This document shows, piece by piece, positions 12,561 to 25,151 of a stretch of 64,000 bases of DNA. The stretch is taken from assembly GCF_009914755.1 (NCBI RefSeq), contig NC_060936.1; one strand, 5' to 3'. The DNA is from the human T2T-CHM13v2.0 reference genome, Homo sapiens. Under the pieces are notes generated by a model. It searched no databases, was not told the DNA's origin, and saw nothing but the letters and a program-made list of their open reading frames with translations. A program made the position numbers and the translations under genes. Numbering within the stretch: the stretch's first letter is position 1; every line of letters begins with the position of its first letter.

Positions 12561-15500
12561 TTAAAATGTCTACATATTTGGGAAAGGTGAGATTCTGGGA
12601 CTTCATGAAGTCTGGAGTGAATAGAAAATTTTGGGACCTAAAAGTTTAACTTACTCCCCCTGTCATTCTATTAGCTGAATGGGCATTTAAGTCATTCCAA
12701 GGTTTTGAGGACTGATTCTATTTCTGAGGCCATGTAAATAAGAACTAAGTTTTATACTTATTTGGTGTAATGGTTGGAGACAAAGGAAATAAAGGAAACC
12801 AACATCAAATCATCAATTTCCACAAGACTTGGAAGACAGACAAGGTGCATTTTACAAATAAATACACCTCACCACTCAGAGTTCAATCTAGGGGAAATCT
12901 TTTACCAATGTCTTTCAAGCCTCCTCCAGCAGAACTGTTGGCTCTGAAATTTTTGTCAGGTACAGGAGAAAAGAAGTGGCTAACAAGCAAATACTTCCAA
13001 TAGGTGTAATGACCTAGTCAGGGCTGCTGTTTTTCTTAGCCTTGAAACTAAATAGATGGAATACTTTTGACTAAAATGCATCCACATCATGTAGAAAAAA
13101 GAAAAAGCCAATCCAACAAGGTTCTGGTGAAACACACTACCTGAAAAAATTCTGCATTATCAAGAGTTGAATGTATTATCTGGGTTATCAAGAATTGAAT
13201 TGAATCCAATTCTCGGATTGTAGACTGAAATTTTCTGACATCTGGTCACAGGACTTTGCTTTGTTGATGCCTTGGCAAAATTAGTTCTCCTCTCATTCTC
13301 AAGGCATCACCTGGGATTAGTTGGACCCAAAAGTCTAAATGATGCCATTTGGATCATATCATCATGGGGGAGCACCACTGAGATGAGCCAGACTGGTGTT
13401 GGAACCACACTCATTTGCTAATTCTCTTCTCTTTTTTCTCTTAGCACTTAGGAGATCTGGCCATCTTACCTTCTCTATAGTGTTTGGATAGAAAGATCTC
13501 TCGGTAGTGCTGTCCCAGGAATTCTGTCCTCACCCTTTCAGCATCAAGTGCAGATGAACCCAACACGTGTGTGAGAGATATAGTGGCAGAGTTATTGAGA
13601 AACAAAAACACTTTCTGCAGACCAGCCTACATCTGAGATGGCAACACCACGCTTCCCCTTGAAAGCTGGTTGGCATGGAACTTTTATTTTGCTGTGAAAC
13701 ATCTAAACTGCCCCTCCTTTTGGGCATGTCACAGCTGCTGTGATTTTGATTTGGAGGGTTTGATATGTTTATGAACTCTTTGTGCTTTCTGTAATGGCTT
13801 GAATCTACTTTAACAGCTGGATTTCCAGAGACAAGCTGTGGCAATGTCCCTCTTCTCCCTAATACATATATAACCTATGCTTTATTGAAGATCTTAATCA
13901 TCACTTTCTTACACAGGCAAACTTCTCACTTTCAGGGCTTATGTAAAACACAAAGTATTCGTCTTTATGTAAAATGATGTCAGGCATCCGAGGCTTTAGT
14001 AGATTTCTGCAATGCTTTGGTGGTGGGTGTGTGTGTGTGTGCTGTGAGACCAGGTTTTAAATCCTTAAGGTAAGACTTTTAATGAGAACCAACTGTCAAA
14101 GGAGCTCATTTTCAGAATTTGTACCACAACTTTATTTTGAAAACACAAGTTTTGCTAGAACTGGTTAGTTTTGAGCGGGCTTAGGGAAAGGGGGCTGTTT
14201 TAAGTGTCTGAGCAGAATTGAAAAATAAGTGGACCCTCAAAAAGAGAAACGACATGCTCTTTCTAGGGAAGAAACAGGAGAACTTTCAGCCATCCCACTA
14301 GGCCAGTGTTTTCCCAGCTCTGCAGCACTCTTGTAAATTTGTAAATTTGCCACAGCTCACTTGTAAATTTGCCAGGGTGGCAGGGACACATGATTCTTAG
14401 CTGGGAGGCATGCCAGCTATCAGACGCCCCCAACTCTCAGGAGGGAGAAGGGGGCGGGTGCCCAGAGACCACCCTGGGTTATGTTTATTTTGGGGGATAC
14501 TTGCTGGTACTGATAGCAAATCTCCCTAGACGGATGCAGCTCACAGTGGAATGTCCTGTTGAGAATTCCTCAACTCCCTGGTATCAGACCTAGCACCTTA
14601 TAAAGTAAATCCTTACATTATAACAAAGGTAAGTCCAGCCTTTCCTATCTGGTCTTATATGTCACCTGATCTTTCAGGTTATTCTGTGCTTGACTCTGTC
14701 TCACCAGAAACCCCTTGTTTATTCTAAGCAGACAGAAACCCATAGTTCTTACTCATTTTATCAATTCTCCCTCACTGTTCTCAAATCCCTTTCATTCCTT
14801 TTCGTTCCTGGTTACCTCATTGTCCCTTGACCTCCAAAGAATCATCTCACACCCACAAGCCAGACAGATTAATATCCCTGTTTCCCAAGGTGTGTGTTTG
14901 GTCTGGCTCCAGCTGACCACTGGGATTTTGAGCCACAACACTATCGTTGAGAGGAAACTCCCTCCCTTTTTATACTAAATGTAGGCATTCTCCTGACCCT
15001 TAATCTAGCCTGAAAAAAAAAAATCTATCTATCTTCCCAAACGTTTCTGAGGGGGAACTTAACGCTCTCTTATCATCCACAAACTTCTCTTGAACCTTTG
15101 AGCTCCAAAAGAGAGTATAGATGCCATCTTAGAGATTAGGAATGTTTTGCGGTGTATTTTTAGGGACTTTTAAATCAATAAATCTCAACGTGGGTGATTC
15201 AACCAATGGATTTACGCAACTCAGGCATGGATGAGTTCAGTAAATCCTGTCTCATTGCCAAGCCCACTGAACTCACCACCTGAGTTCCACAGCAGGCACT
15301 CAGAAGAGCAAATTATTCAGCAGTGGTGGAGAAAGATGGGCTTGGGGATAAAGGAAGGTCAAGGAGTGTTTTGTTCTCTTGTGGTAAGAAACGAAGGGAA
15401 GGAGAGGAAAAACAGTTCTAGAATAGCCTACTAGCACAACCTTTGCTTTAGAGATGCTGTTTCAGCTGTCCTCATTTCATTGGGCTTATTTCTCCACCAT

Positions 15501-16579
15501 TTGTGAAGAATAAGCAGGTGTTATGTGTTTCTTGTTATTGTTGGTCGCTGTAGTTTGTAAGATTCAGGATGGCTTCCAAAGAAAAAGTCGTATGAACATA
15601 TTATAAGTTAGTTTTTCTGGCCTTTATGATGCTACAGAATCACATGCATGTCATGACATTCACCACATTTATGACTTTTATTTGGAGAAACACTGGAAAT
15701 GAACAGTAGCAATGTATCTGCGTAGGGAGAATTCAATGTCAAAATCCCTAGGGAATGCTTCCCTCTATGTCCTCTTATTCATTCCTCCCTCCTTCCCTTC
15801 CTCCTTCTTCTCTTCCCTTCCTTTCTTTTGCTTGAGTGAACCAGGGGAAACCATTCATCTGGAAGCCTCCAAATGTAGAATTTTAAAAAATTTAGTCCTT
15901 GGCAGATCCTTGCAAAGTTTGAGAACAACTGGCCATTTACATGCATACATATGCACATGTGCACATTGCAACGAGCCCACTCATCACTTAAAACTATACT
16001 GGGATTTAAAACAATGTTTAGATGCTTTAATTAGATAGCAAATTTTTGGTTCGTGTTGGATCTCTTATTTTGTTGGCTAGGTAGTTCGGGGTGCGGTGGT
16101 GACAGAAGTTTAAGAAACGGAGCAGAGAGGTGAGGGCAAACTAGTCAGAATCTTCCTTTCTCTAGTCCCTTGTGCTAATTCTTACATTTTGTGATTGTGG
16201 CATGTTTGCTCTGCTCTGAGTACAGAACCCCAGCATATGTCCAACTGTCTGCACAAGTGGGAGAAAGGAGGTCTTTTACATGACTAGTGTTGACGGCAAT
16301 GCTGTTAATTAATGTAGCCATAGCAAACTATTCATCAAATTTATGTCTGCACATGGCTTTCTTTACCTTAAATTCAGGCACTTGTTTTACCTTCCCTACA
16401 TCTATTTTAGTCAAGTAGCCAAGTCACCTGAAAAAATCCATAGACTTTTGAAACCCTACATGCAAGATTAATGTCAGATCAAAGGAGATGAAACACATGC
16501 ACTTTTTTTCTAAACACAGAATGCAAACAGTCAAACTGAGAAGGTTCTCAGTCTTCTTGTTTCCGAATGAATCATCCAT

Positions 16580-17098
16580 TTCACGGTTGATTGTACTTCC
16601 CAAGGTGGCTGCAGTAGATCTCTTATCATACATACTCTTCTTACAACTTGATGTTGACACTCTTCTCATAAACCTGAGAGGGCCTTTGACTATGGTGGAA
16701 GTGACACTATGTGACTTCTAAGGCTAGGCCATAAAGAAAGATCTAGTTTCTACCTGGCTGTCTTAAGACAGTTGCTCTAAGGACCCTGTCACCATGCTGT
16801 GAGGAAGCCAAGCAGCCACAGAGAGAGACCACATGTAGGTGTTCCAGCTGACCACCCCAGCTGTGGTCCCTCTGGTCAGCTGATATCACTTACCACTCCT
16901 GGAGCCTGGAGTCATCTGAAGGTTACTGTGTGTGAGTAACCATCCAATGACTCTAGGCTCCAGAAGTCATCCTCAGCATCTGAGCTGAGCTGTCCCTGCT
17001 GAGCCTTGCCCAAATTGCAGATCTGTGTGATAGAGAAAAAGATTTATCATAAGCCACTAAGTTTTGGATTTTTCTTATTCACCAATAGGTAATTCCAA
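16580..17098 (+). mobile_element. MLT1 (H/G-like) MaLR LTR
   Basis: gaagtgacactatgtgacttctaaggctagg, ccatgctgtgaggaagcc, ccaaattgcagat, aagccactaagttttgg. Confidence 0.75.
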
Positions 17099-17518
17099 CC
17101 CTGAGTTCTCCCCTTCTACTGGGAGTTTGCTGTTGGTCCTAATAATTTCATATGTTTAAACATCCACTTTTAAAGAAACCATCTAAACTGGGATCTGGAG
17201 TTCCTAAGATTTAGCCACAAGAAAAAGTAAAAATTCCCTGCAAAATGAGTGCTGTGAACTAAGAAAAAAGAAGTTAAGATCTAATGGAGCTATCATTAAT
17301 AATTCAGGAACAGTTACCATTCCTGGGTACCAACAGTACTCTACCATCTATTACATTAGAACTGAGATAAATTGGAAAATGCTTCTTGACAGAGCAAGTT
17401 GTTTTCAAAAGATCAGAAAATGAGAAATCTAAAGAAAGAAGGATGGAAAGAGCAACAATGTGATATGAGCTATGCCATGGACTTAGGATGACTCTGGTCT
17501 TTGCATCACAGAATTTTA

Positions 17519-18568
17519 TTTTTTATTTTTTAGAAACTGATGTTTATTTTCTGTCAACCTTATTTTCATGTTGCTTAAGAGTCCGTGCAAGAACAGCTTA
17601 AGACCATTCAGTGGTTGCTCCTACCCATTCAGTGGCCTGAGCAGTGGAGCTGTGGACCAGTCTTCCATGGCAGGCTGAGCCTTCCAGTCTTCAGTAGAAA
17701 CTGCTGAATAGGCACAGAGGGCACCTGCATGCCTTCAGACCAGTCTGCAACTTCAGGCTGAGTAACAGTGAACTCAGGAGCTGAAACAGTCCATTTACCC
17801 TGAAATTCCTTCTTGGTCACAGCCTTTTCAGCAGCAGCCTGCTCTTCTTTTTCAGTCTCTTCAGGATCTCTGTAGAAGTAGAGATTAGACATTACCTCCC
17901 ATGGGTGTTGCAGGAAATGGTGCCACGCATGTGCAGAACTTCCCAGGCCAGCATCTACCACATCTGACCCACTGAGGGAGCTCCCTTGTTGTTGCATGTG
18001 ATGGCAATGTCCAATGGCACAGAGGAGAATCTGTGTTGCATAAAGCAATGGCAGGTGGGTTAACACAAGATGCCTCTGTGAGAGACTGGTGGTCAGCCCT
18101 GGGGTCAGAAACCACAAGAAGCCGTGGCTCCCAGTAGGCTGCCTGGATCTGGTTAGGAAGGTTCCAGGAGTGAAGTGGCCAGCAATTGGAGTGGCTCCAG
18201 TGGCAGCAGCAAACTTCAGCATAGCCTTCTGGCCAGTATTCCTGGAGGATATGACACTGACATCAGCAGAGTTTTCAATGACAACAATGGCATGACCTGC
18301 CAGCAGAAGCTTCTCCCAGGTCCTCTTCAGATTTATGCTGTAGATGCCATCACTTTCCTTTTATAGATGTACTGTTCCATTTGGAAGTCAATTTGGTGCC
18401 ACCTAATTGGATTCCCACTGCAAGGAGCTTAAGGACATCCTCCTCCTTCATTTGCAGGACATCAAGGGCTCCAGACATTGTGAAAGTTTCTCTTTAAGTC
18501 ATGACAGGAATCTGAAATTAAGAACAACACCTTATGGACCCCACTGTAGGTAGCGCAGAAACACTGCC
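17519..18568 (-). pseudogene. RPSA: Full-length processed pseudogene of RPSA (40S ribosomal protein SA / 37-kDa laminin receptor precursor)
   Basis: Minus strand reads [17 protein letters not shown].., [62 protein letters not shown]. No introns; ATG at 18478, native stop at 17598-17600; AATAAA at 17543-17548 and a decayed poly(A); 13-bp TSD TCACAGAATTTTA (17506-17518, 18569-18581). A frameshift near codon 30 gives a stop at 18350-18352, with further frameshifts downstream. Pseudogene number not determined. Confidence 0.97.
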
Positions 18569-18581
18569 TCACAGAATTTTA

Positions 18582-18810
18582 GAACCTCAAGATTGTAAGA
18601 GATCAGCTAGTTTGAGTCTGATTAACCTCTCTTGTCAAATCCCTGAGTCCCATCTGCAAAGAAAAGCTATCATCTAGTTTCTGTTTAAATATCTTTGATG
18701 TCAGAGAGAATCCTCTTAATTTCTCAAAGAAGTTAGGTGTTAAAGGATTCTTCCTTGGGTTAAGCTAAAACCATTCTCCCTGCAATTTTAACATTTGGTT
18801 TTATTGTGAA
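18582..18810 (-). mobile_element. L3/CR1 or MIR3 3' fragment (host of the RPSA insertion)
   Basis: catctagtttctgtttaaatatct and ttcttcctt..agctaaaaccattctccctgcaatttt resemble an antisense L3 3' region. Confidence 0.45.
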
Positions 18811-19999
18811 GTTGTATCTTTTGCAAGAGGTTTGGTTCTAAAGCCACATGAGGCAGCAACTGAATATGGCCAAACATGGTCTTGAAAGTTCCTCAGGAAA
18901 GCAACCCAACCATTATTAGCCTATGAGTTGTTAGCCAGCATTCCTGCCCATGTTGGAACTGATTACTGTTTCTTTGGTTGAAAAGCAGAAAATGTAGTTG
19001 GTTTGCATAATGGTGATGGAGGCATTTAAAAAAATATGAATTTTACAAAGCTAGAATTACACTCATACTGGGGAGATACTTATGCTAAGAGAGGCAAAAT
19101 GGACCTGAGATGGGAGAGTTCATACTTCCTGCTTCCTGCTCATTCTGGGGCACATATACACTCATTAAGCAGAATGGCTGAAGGAGCCACCCACACTACT
19201 TACTTGTATTTTTCTCTAAAAATAAGATTATTTTTGCAGAGCTCATCTAATTGAATGCGTGTCCATTAAACACACTTATGACATATACCACTGTAGGCCT
19301 GTCCTCTAAAGCTACATACAGCAAGTCTCGTGTCGTCTCCAGGAAAGCGTTTTGAAGACAGTGATTAGAATTCTTGAGACAGCTCCACACGAAGCACCAT
19401 CATTCCTTCAAATGTTTCTCATAGAACATAGTTTCGAGCCCCTACTCACTTGTATTTCTCCTCAGAACAGAGCTGAACATGTGCCCCTAAGTATAAAGTC
19501 CTGGACTGTTCAGACTGTGCACATGGGATCAGGTCAGCATGGAATAGAGGAGATGGACACGTCTTTCCTTCTGAATTCTGACTTCCCTTACGCCAGCCAA
19601 AAATTGCATTTGAATTTTGGCAACTAAATCCTATTGTTGTATTATAGTTACCAAAATCCCAAGTGCTTTTAAAAGTTATGAACTATTTAAACGTGCAGAA
19701 AATGATATAGCAGACATCCACGAACTCATCACCAAGATTAACATGTTAACAGCTTTGCCTTATTTACCTCGGATTACTAAATCTTTCTTTACATGTGCTT
19801 TTCTTTGCCCGGTTCTCCCGTATACTGTATTTCTGCACCCATCTAATCACCCTGCCAAGAGTTATGGATTCAGCATTATTTCTTAAATTCCTACTGTGTC
19901 CTATTTGGGGTCTTGATTTTGCTATTTAAATGCGTTTTGTATTATCTCAGACTCATATTCACAGTTTTCATTAGGGACCCTGTACACACAAGTTTTTTT

Positions 20000-20075
20000 A
20001 CAAAAATGAATGGGACAGGTTGATGACAGAGCCCCGGGATCCACCACTAATGACATCCTCTAAACTGGCTGAAGC
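20000..20075 (-). mobile_element. CR1/L3 reverse transcriptase remnant
   Basis: Minus strand agt ggt gga tcc cgg ggc tct gtc ..cct gtc cca ttc, a degenerate SGVPQGSVLGPVLF motif with a 1-nt shift. Confidence 0.45.
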
Positions 20076-21404
20076 ATTATTTCATCTCTGTGACCTTCTT
20101 GTGCCTTTGTTTATGTCGTTTCTTTCTCCTGGAATGGCTTCTTGCTTCCTTCTTCCATCTGACCAACTTACATTACTTAACCCCTTGAGGTTCAGTGTCA
20201 GCTGTTCCAGGAACCCTTCCCTGATCATTATCTGCTAGGTGAGGTACTCTACCTTTGCATTTCTTTAGGGTAGCACCTCTGCTCTACAGTCTTCATTGGC
20301 TATCCTGTCTATCTTCCCATCTCATATTTAAGTCCTTTAAGGGAAAAAATGTCATTATGTTTTCCTTTATATTCTTAACCCTTATCAATGTGCCAGAACT
20401 TCAAAAGTACCAGATCATATTAGATGCTCAAAAATGCTTGTTAAATAAATACACAAGAATAAAACAATTTAGCCAAATCTTTCTTCCTTCCATTACTGGG
20501 ATACTTTCCACAATATCTCTGATAGATCATCACTTCCATCATGGAGAATTTGCTACCTAACAGGACAGCCAATTCTCTATTTGAATGGCTCTGGATTTTG
20601 AAAGTCTCCAATTAAGCCCCGAATAGGTTTCCTGTAACAACACTGTAAGTTCTCATAATAAATAAGTCAAGTCTCTTTTCTGAATGTCAAAGATTCTTAT
20701 GTGGTATTCCTTGGGTAACTAAGTAGTTTTTAGTGAATATGTTTTATACACAGCAGGCAGAGCTGGAGAAATTATTTCGGTGTTCAGAATTGAGGCACTT
20801 TCTGGGGCATCCCATTAAGGATTTCTACCCTGAATTCTTTCCAGAAGCTAATTGGGTCTGTGAAGGCCACAGAGTACAGGTGTTCCATGTTCTATGCAGC
20901 TCACATTCCTACATAAACATGCTGTTACTTTCTTGAGCGTCACAAGCTCCTGGGTGGTCTTAGGGCTGCCTTCAAAGGAAAACAAGTAAGACTTTCCTCT
21001 CATTGCTGATCACTTGAAGACCTCGTTAGCATACAACATTCTGGAATCTCTATTTACTGAGTCATGAGTTCTCACCTGAAAGGAAACTTAAATGGCTAAC
21101 TCTGGCTAATTCCAAACCTCATTGAATAGCCAAAGAGTTGTAGGAAAGGTAAAAGTGAGAGAAACAGGTAACTTCTGTGCTAAGTTCAATGCCTTTCTCT
21201 AAGCTCTTGATTGTAACTATTACTTAGCAAGGTGAAAGCATTGACATTTTCCTCAGGAAATATAGAAGCAAGTCATTTCCTTAAAAGTTAGGTGTTTTTT
21301 TGTTTGTTTGTTTGTTTGTTTGTTTGTTTTGTCCCAGGTTGCAGATTTTTCCAAATGGTGATGAGTTGGCTAAGTTTTATAACAGAGCAGTCATTATTCT
21401 TTCT

Positions 21405-21650
21405 GTATAGAATGTCAGTGTTTCTTGTGTGCCAGGCACTGTGCTAGGTACTTTGCAGGACTTACCTGATGTGGCCCTCCTAACAATCCTGAGAAATAAA
21501 TATTATTATCTCCATTTTATATATGAGGTACTCTAGGCTCAAGAAAATTAAGAAACATATCCAGTGTTTCAGAATCACTAAATTGCAGAAACAATCCAAA
21601 TCCAGATGGTTCTGATGCCACAGCTCATGGGCTTTGTAATAGGCCGTGCT
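21405..21650 (-). mobile_element. MIR
   Basis: gtgccaggcactgtgctagg..tattattatctccattttatatatgagg. Confidence 0.7.
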
Positions 21651-21911
21651 GTCCCTCATTTCAACATCAGCTTCCCCATGTGATCTTCCATGTGGAGCTG
21701 AGCACTGCCTTTACTTCCAGATCCAGTGTTCATAGATCACCTCTATTATCTGCATATGATTGGGTGCCATCCACTTAGGACAAAGTTATAACATTCTTTT
21801 CTTATCAACCACAGTGTATTTAATTTTGTTTTAAAATAACATCACGCTTAAGAATATCCAGAATGCATGTAAATGATTGCTTGGATGTGTTAGCTTCTCT
21901 CTCTCTCTCTC

Positions 21912-22241
<330 letters not shown>

Positions 22242-22444
22242 TAGAGGAAGGTGAACTTTACTTAATAAGGCCCAACAAAAGTATTTAGTAAGAAGCTCAA
22301 TTTATTTAAAAAATCTGAGTCCTTTGGACTGAAAAGCCAGGGACAGCTTTTGCTGATATTCATCATGAGTATTTTATTTGCATTATTTAGGCTATTTTTT
22401 CCACCCATCTTGATGCTCCATGCTTGACAGCAAATTCTTTAGAC

Positions 22445-22646
22445 CAGAGGTTGGCTGAATTTTGCCCACTGTCTTTGTAAATAGAATTTTAATGGAACAC
22501 AGGCACGCTCACTTGTTTACATGTTGTTTGTGGTTGTTTTTATACTACAAAGGCAGACAGAAGTAGTTGCAACTAAGACTGTATGGTCTACACAGTCTAA
22601 AATATTTACTTTCTGACCCTTTACAGAAACAGCTTGCCAACCCTTG
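22445..22646. mobile_element. MER58A-like hAT-Charlie MITE
   Basis: Termini CAGAGGTTGGC..GCCAACCCTTG; 8-bp TSD CTTTAGAC/CTTTAGGC. Confidence 0.8.
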
Positions 22647-23778
22647 CTTTAGGCAGACCAAAGATGTATGGATGCTGCAGTTCAGCTATGAATCTCTGTG
22701 TCTAGACTTGAATGAGGAGGAATTTGGACTTGGATGGCAGGACTAGAACATCTTTAAAGGCTCTTCCAACTCTGCATTTCAAGGATTTAAAAATTCAGCA
22801 TTATATATGTTTTTTTTCTCATAAATAAAGTATATGAGGTAGGACCCGGATAGCAGATGTGGACTTGTAACAAATCTTGGAGTGCAATAGGTATGTGAAA
22901 AACAGACATTTCTGTTTTGTTAATTCTTAGTATGCTGACGCTCAAATATAGCAAACTATGAATCCAGTGCATTAGTTAAATTTTGAATAGTCTCTAAAGG
23001 CAGCTAAGGCTGAATACGTGGAAGTGGGCCATGTCTGGTTATACTGACATCAACGAGTATTTGAAAGGAATCGAACTACATAATTGTACCATTTTGCTTG
23101 TCAGTATTTGTAAAATATTTTTTGTGTCTTCTATGAAAACTCCCTCCAGTCATGAATGTTTTATTAATTTATTTGTTGCCCATCAACCTTATGCACACTG
23201 CTATATGAAACAATAGAGGAAATGTGGTCACTACCCTGGAGAACTGTGCTGCTCAGTTCTTGGACTCTCTTCCCATGCCTCAGGACCTGTTGTAATGTTT
23301 TGGTTATTTTTTAAAGTATTTCCTAGTAATTAAGGTGCATGTCTGAAAAATTATGTATAATGTCAGAGGCCCAAAACCTTGGGATCTGACACCGGCTGGA
23401 TTTCTTTTTGCATCCTTGGGAACTTTGGCTGCATTTAAATTAGAAAACTCATCTTTTGAAACGACAGGCTTTTTTTTTCTTTTTTTTTTTTTTTTTAAGC
23501 CTCCTGTATTCTCTGTAGATCTTATTTGGCTGACTGGTTAGTCACCTGGTCTTTTAACTTGGGCCAAGCTTTCTCTGAATACCAGAAGGATTTCAAAAGT
23601 AGATGTTTAAAGACATCTGATCCCTGATGTATTGCTTAAAATCATCATCTACACATGTATATACATAAATATATTTTTAAAAATATTAACTTAGTATTTT
23701 TTAAGTATTTTCTATGTTAGGAAATATACTACATTCAGATTTTTTTCCTATTGAATTTAAAATCAAAACAGACATATG

Positions 23779-25151
23779 TGAGTCAAACAACAAAAACTGT
23801 AAAAATACCTGTATGGTTTAAAATGATTTGCCTGGGGAGAAGAATATCTTATGATTTGAAAATGGGAAAGAAGTTTTATCTTGGAAGGAAAAAAAGACAT
23901 CATGCTTGAGGAAAAAGGATGAGTTTCATGTGTAGACATTGGGAATGGATTATGGGCATGACCCAGCAGGAGGTCGGAGCTGTCGGCACATCACACTGTG
24001 TGGCACCATTGTGAACTTGTTGATAGAATGTTTTGTAATTGTTCTCAAGTCAGCCAGTATATGAATATTTTGTCTTCTGAGTCAGCAAAGAGAAGAATTT
24101 TCATCACCTATTTCATTAGTATTTCCTTTCTTTTCTTCACCTGTAAGTGTCTAACAAAATATTTTATCTTAGGTACCTAATAAGTATTTATTGATGAATA
24201 ACTTCACTGTTTAAATCAGCTCATTGGCATGTCTACTGATAAAAAAAAAAAGGGGGAGCTGGGCGTGGTGGCTCACGCCTGTAATCCCAGCACTTTGGGA
24301 GGCCAAGGCGGGCAGATCACGAGGTCAGGAGATCGAGACCATCCTGGCTAACACGGTGAAACCTCGTCTCTACTAAAAATACAAAAAAATTAGCCGAGCA
24401 TGGTGGCGGGCGCCTGTAGTCCCAGCTACTCGGGAGGCTAAGCAGGAGAATGGCATGAACCCGGGAGGCGGAGCTTGCAGTGAGCAGAGATTGGCCACTG
24501 CACTTCAGCCTGGGGACACAGCAAAACTCCGTCTCAAAAAAAAAAAAAAAGAATGAACTTAAAAATTCTGGAGAGAAAAAATGCATACATTCCAGAATTG
24601 CTTAAAAGACAATCTTTAAAATGGTTCTAGATGAATTCATCAAAGTTGATTTCAGGTGATAGCAATTTGTCAATAGATGAATTGGCCCTATGACTCATTT
24701 GCCCATTTAATGATTCATAATTTTGTTCTGACAAGTAATAAAGTAACAGGAATGTGTGTTTCAGTAAGGCTGCTCAATATATAGCTTACTTTGGAGGAAG
24801 ACAATTTCTTGGGTTTAAAAAAATTCAGATATCAGGCATATCATCCATCTCAATGAATTTTTTAAATAGTATAGTGAATTTTAAATAGTTTAGTGAAGTG
24901 AAACCAATCTCTCGCTTTTCCTGCCTCCTACAATTTACAGATTTTCTTTCTTGACAGGGAGAGAAAGGAGTTGCATTACAAGTATGGACTAGGAATATTT
25001 TTATACATGGATAAGGAGAGGCTTGTATGCCTGTGACTGTGAGTCATGAACTGATATAAATGGGAGTGTGAAGATACTCAATGGTTTTAAGCTTGGAATT
25101 TTTCAAGTGGTTGTGCCAAGAACTACAAAGCAACAAGTTCTTGGTGAGTCA
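23779..25151. promoter_or_regulatory. Candidate AP-1/TEAD distal enhancer
   Basis: TGASTCA at 23779, 24078, 24691, 25040 and 25145; TEAD cores at 24587 (ACATTCC), 24749 (GGAATGT) and 23942 (GGAATG). Motif evidence only. Confidence 0.5.
24257..24550 (+). mobile_element. AluY
   Basis: Y diagnostics gagatcgagaccatcctggctaacacggtg and ggcggagcttgcag. Confidence 0.92.

Noticed and set aside
14330-14372. TGTAAATTTG three times, and similar micro-duplications at ~34553, ~44242, ~57652 and ~60313
   Set aside because: Ordinary slippage duplications, several inside old repeats.
17629-18222. 197-aa ORF as a functional RPSA retrogene
   Set aside because: Mosaic of in-frame and out-of-frame RPSA segments; the native ATG frame stops after 42 codons.
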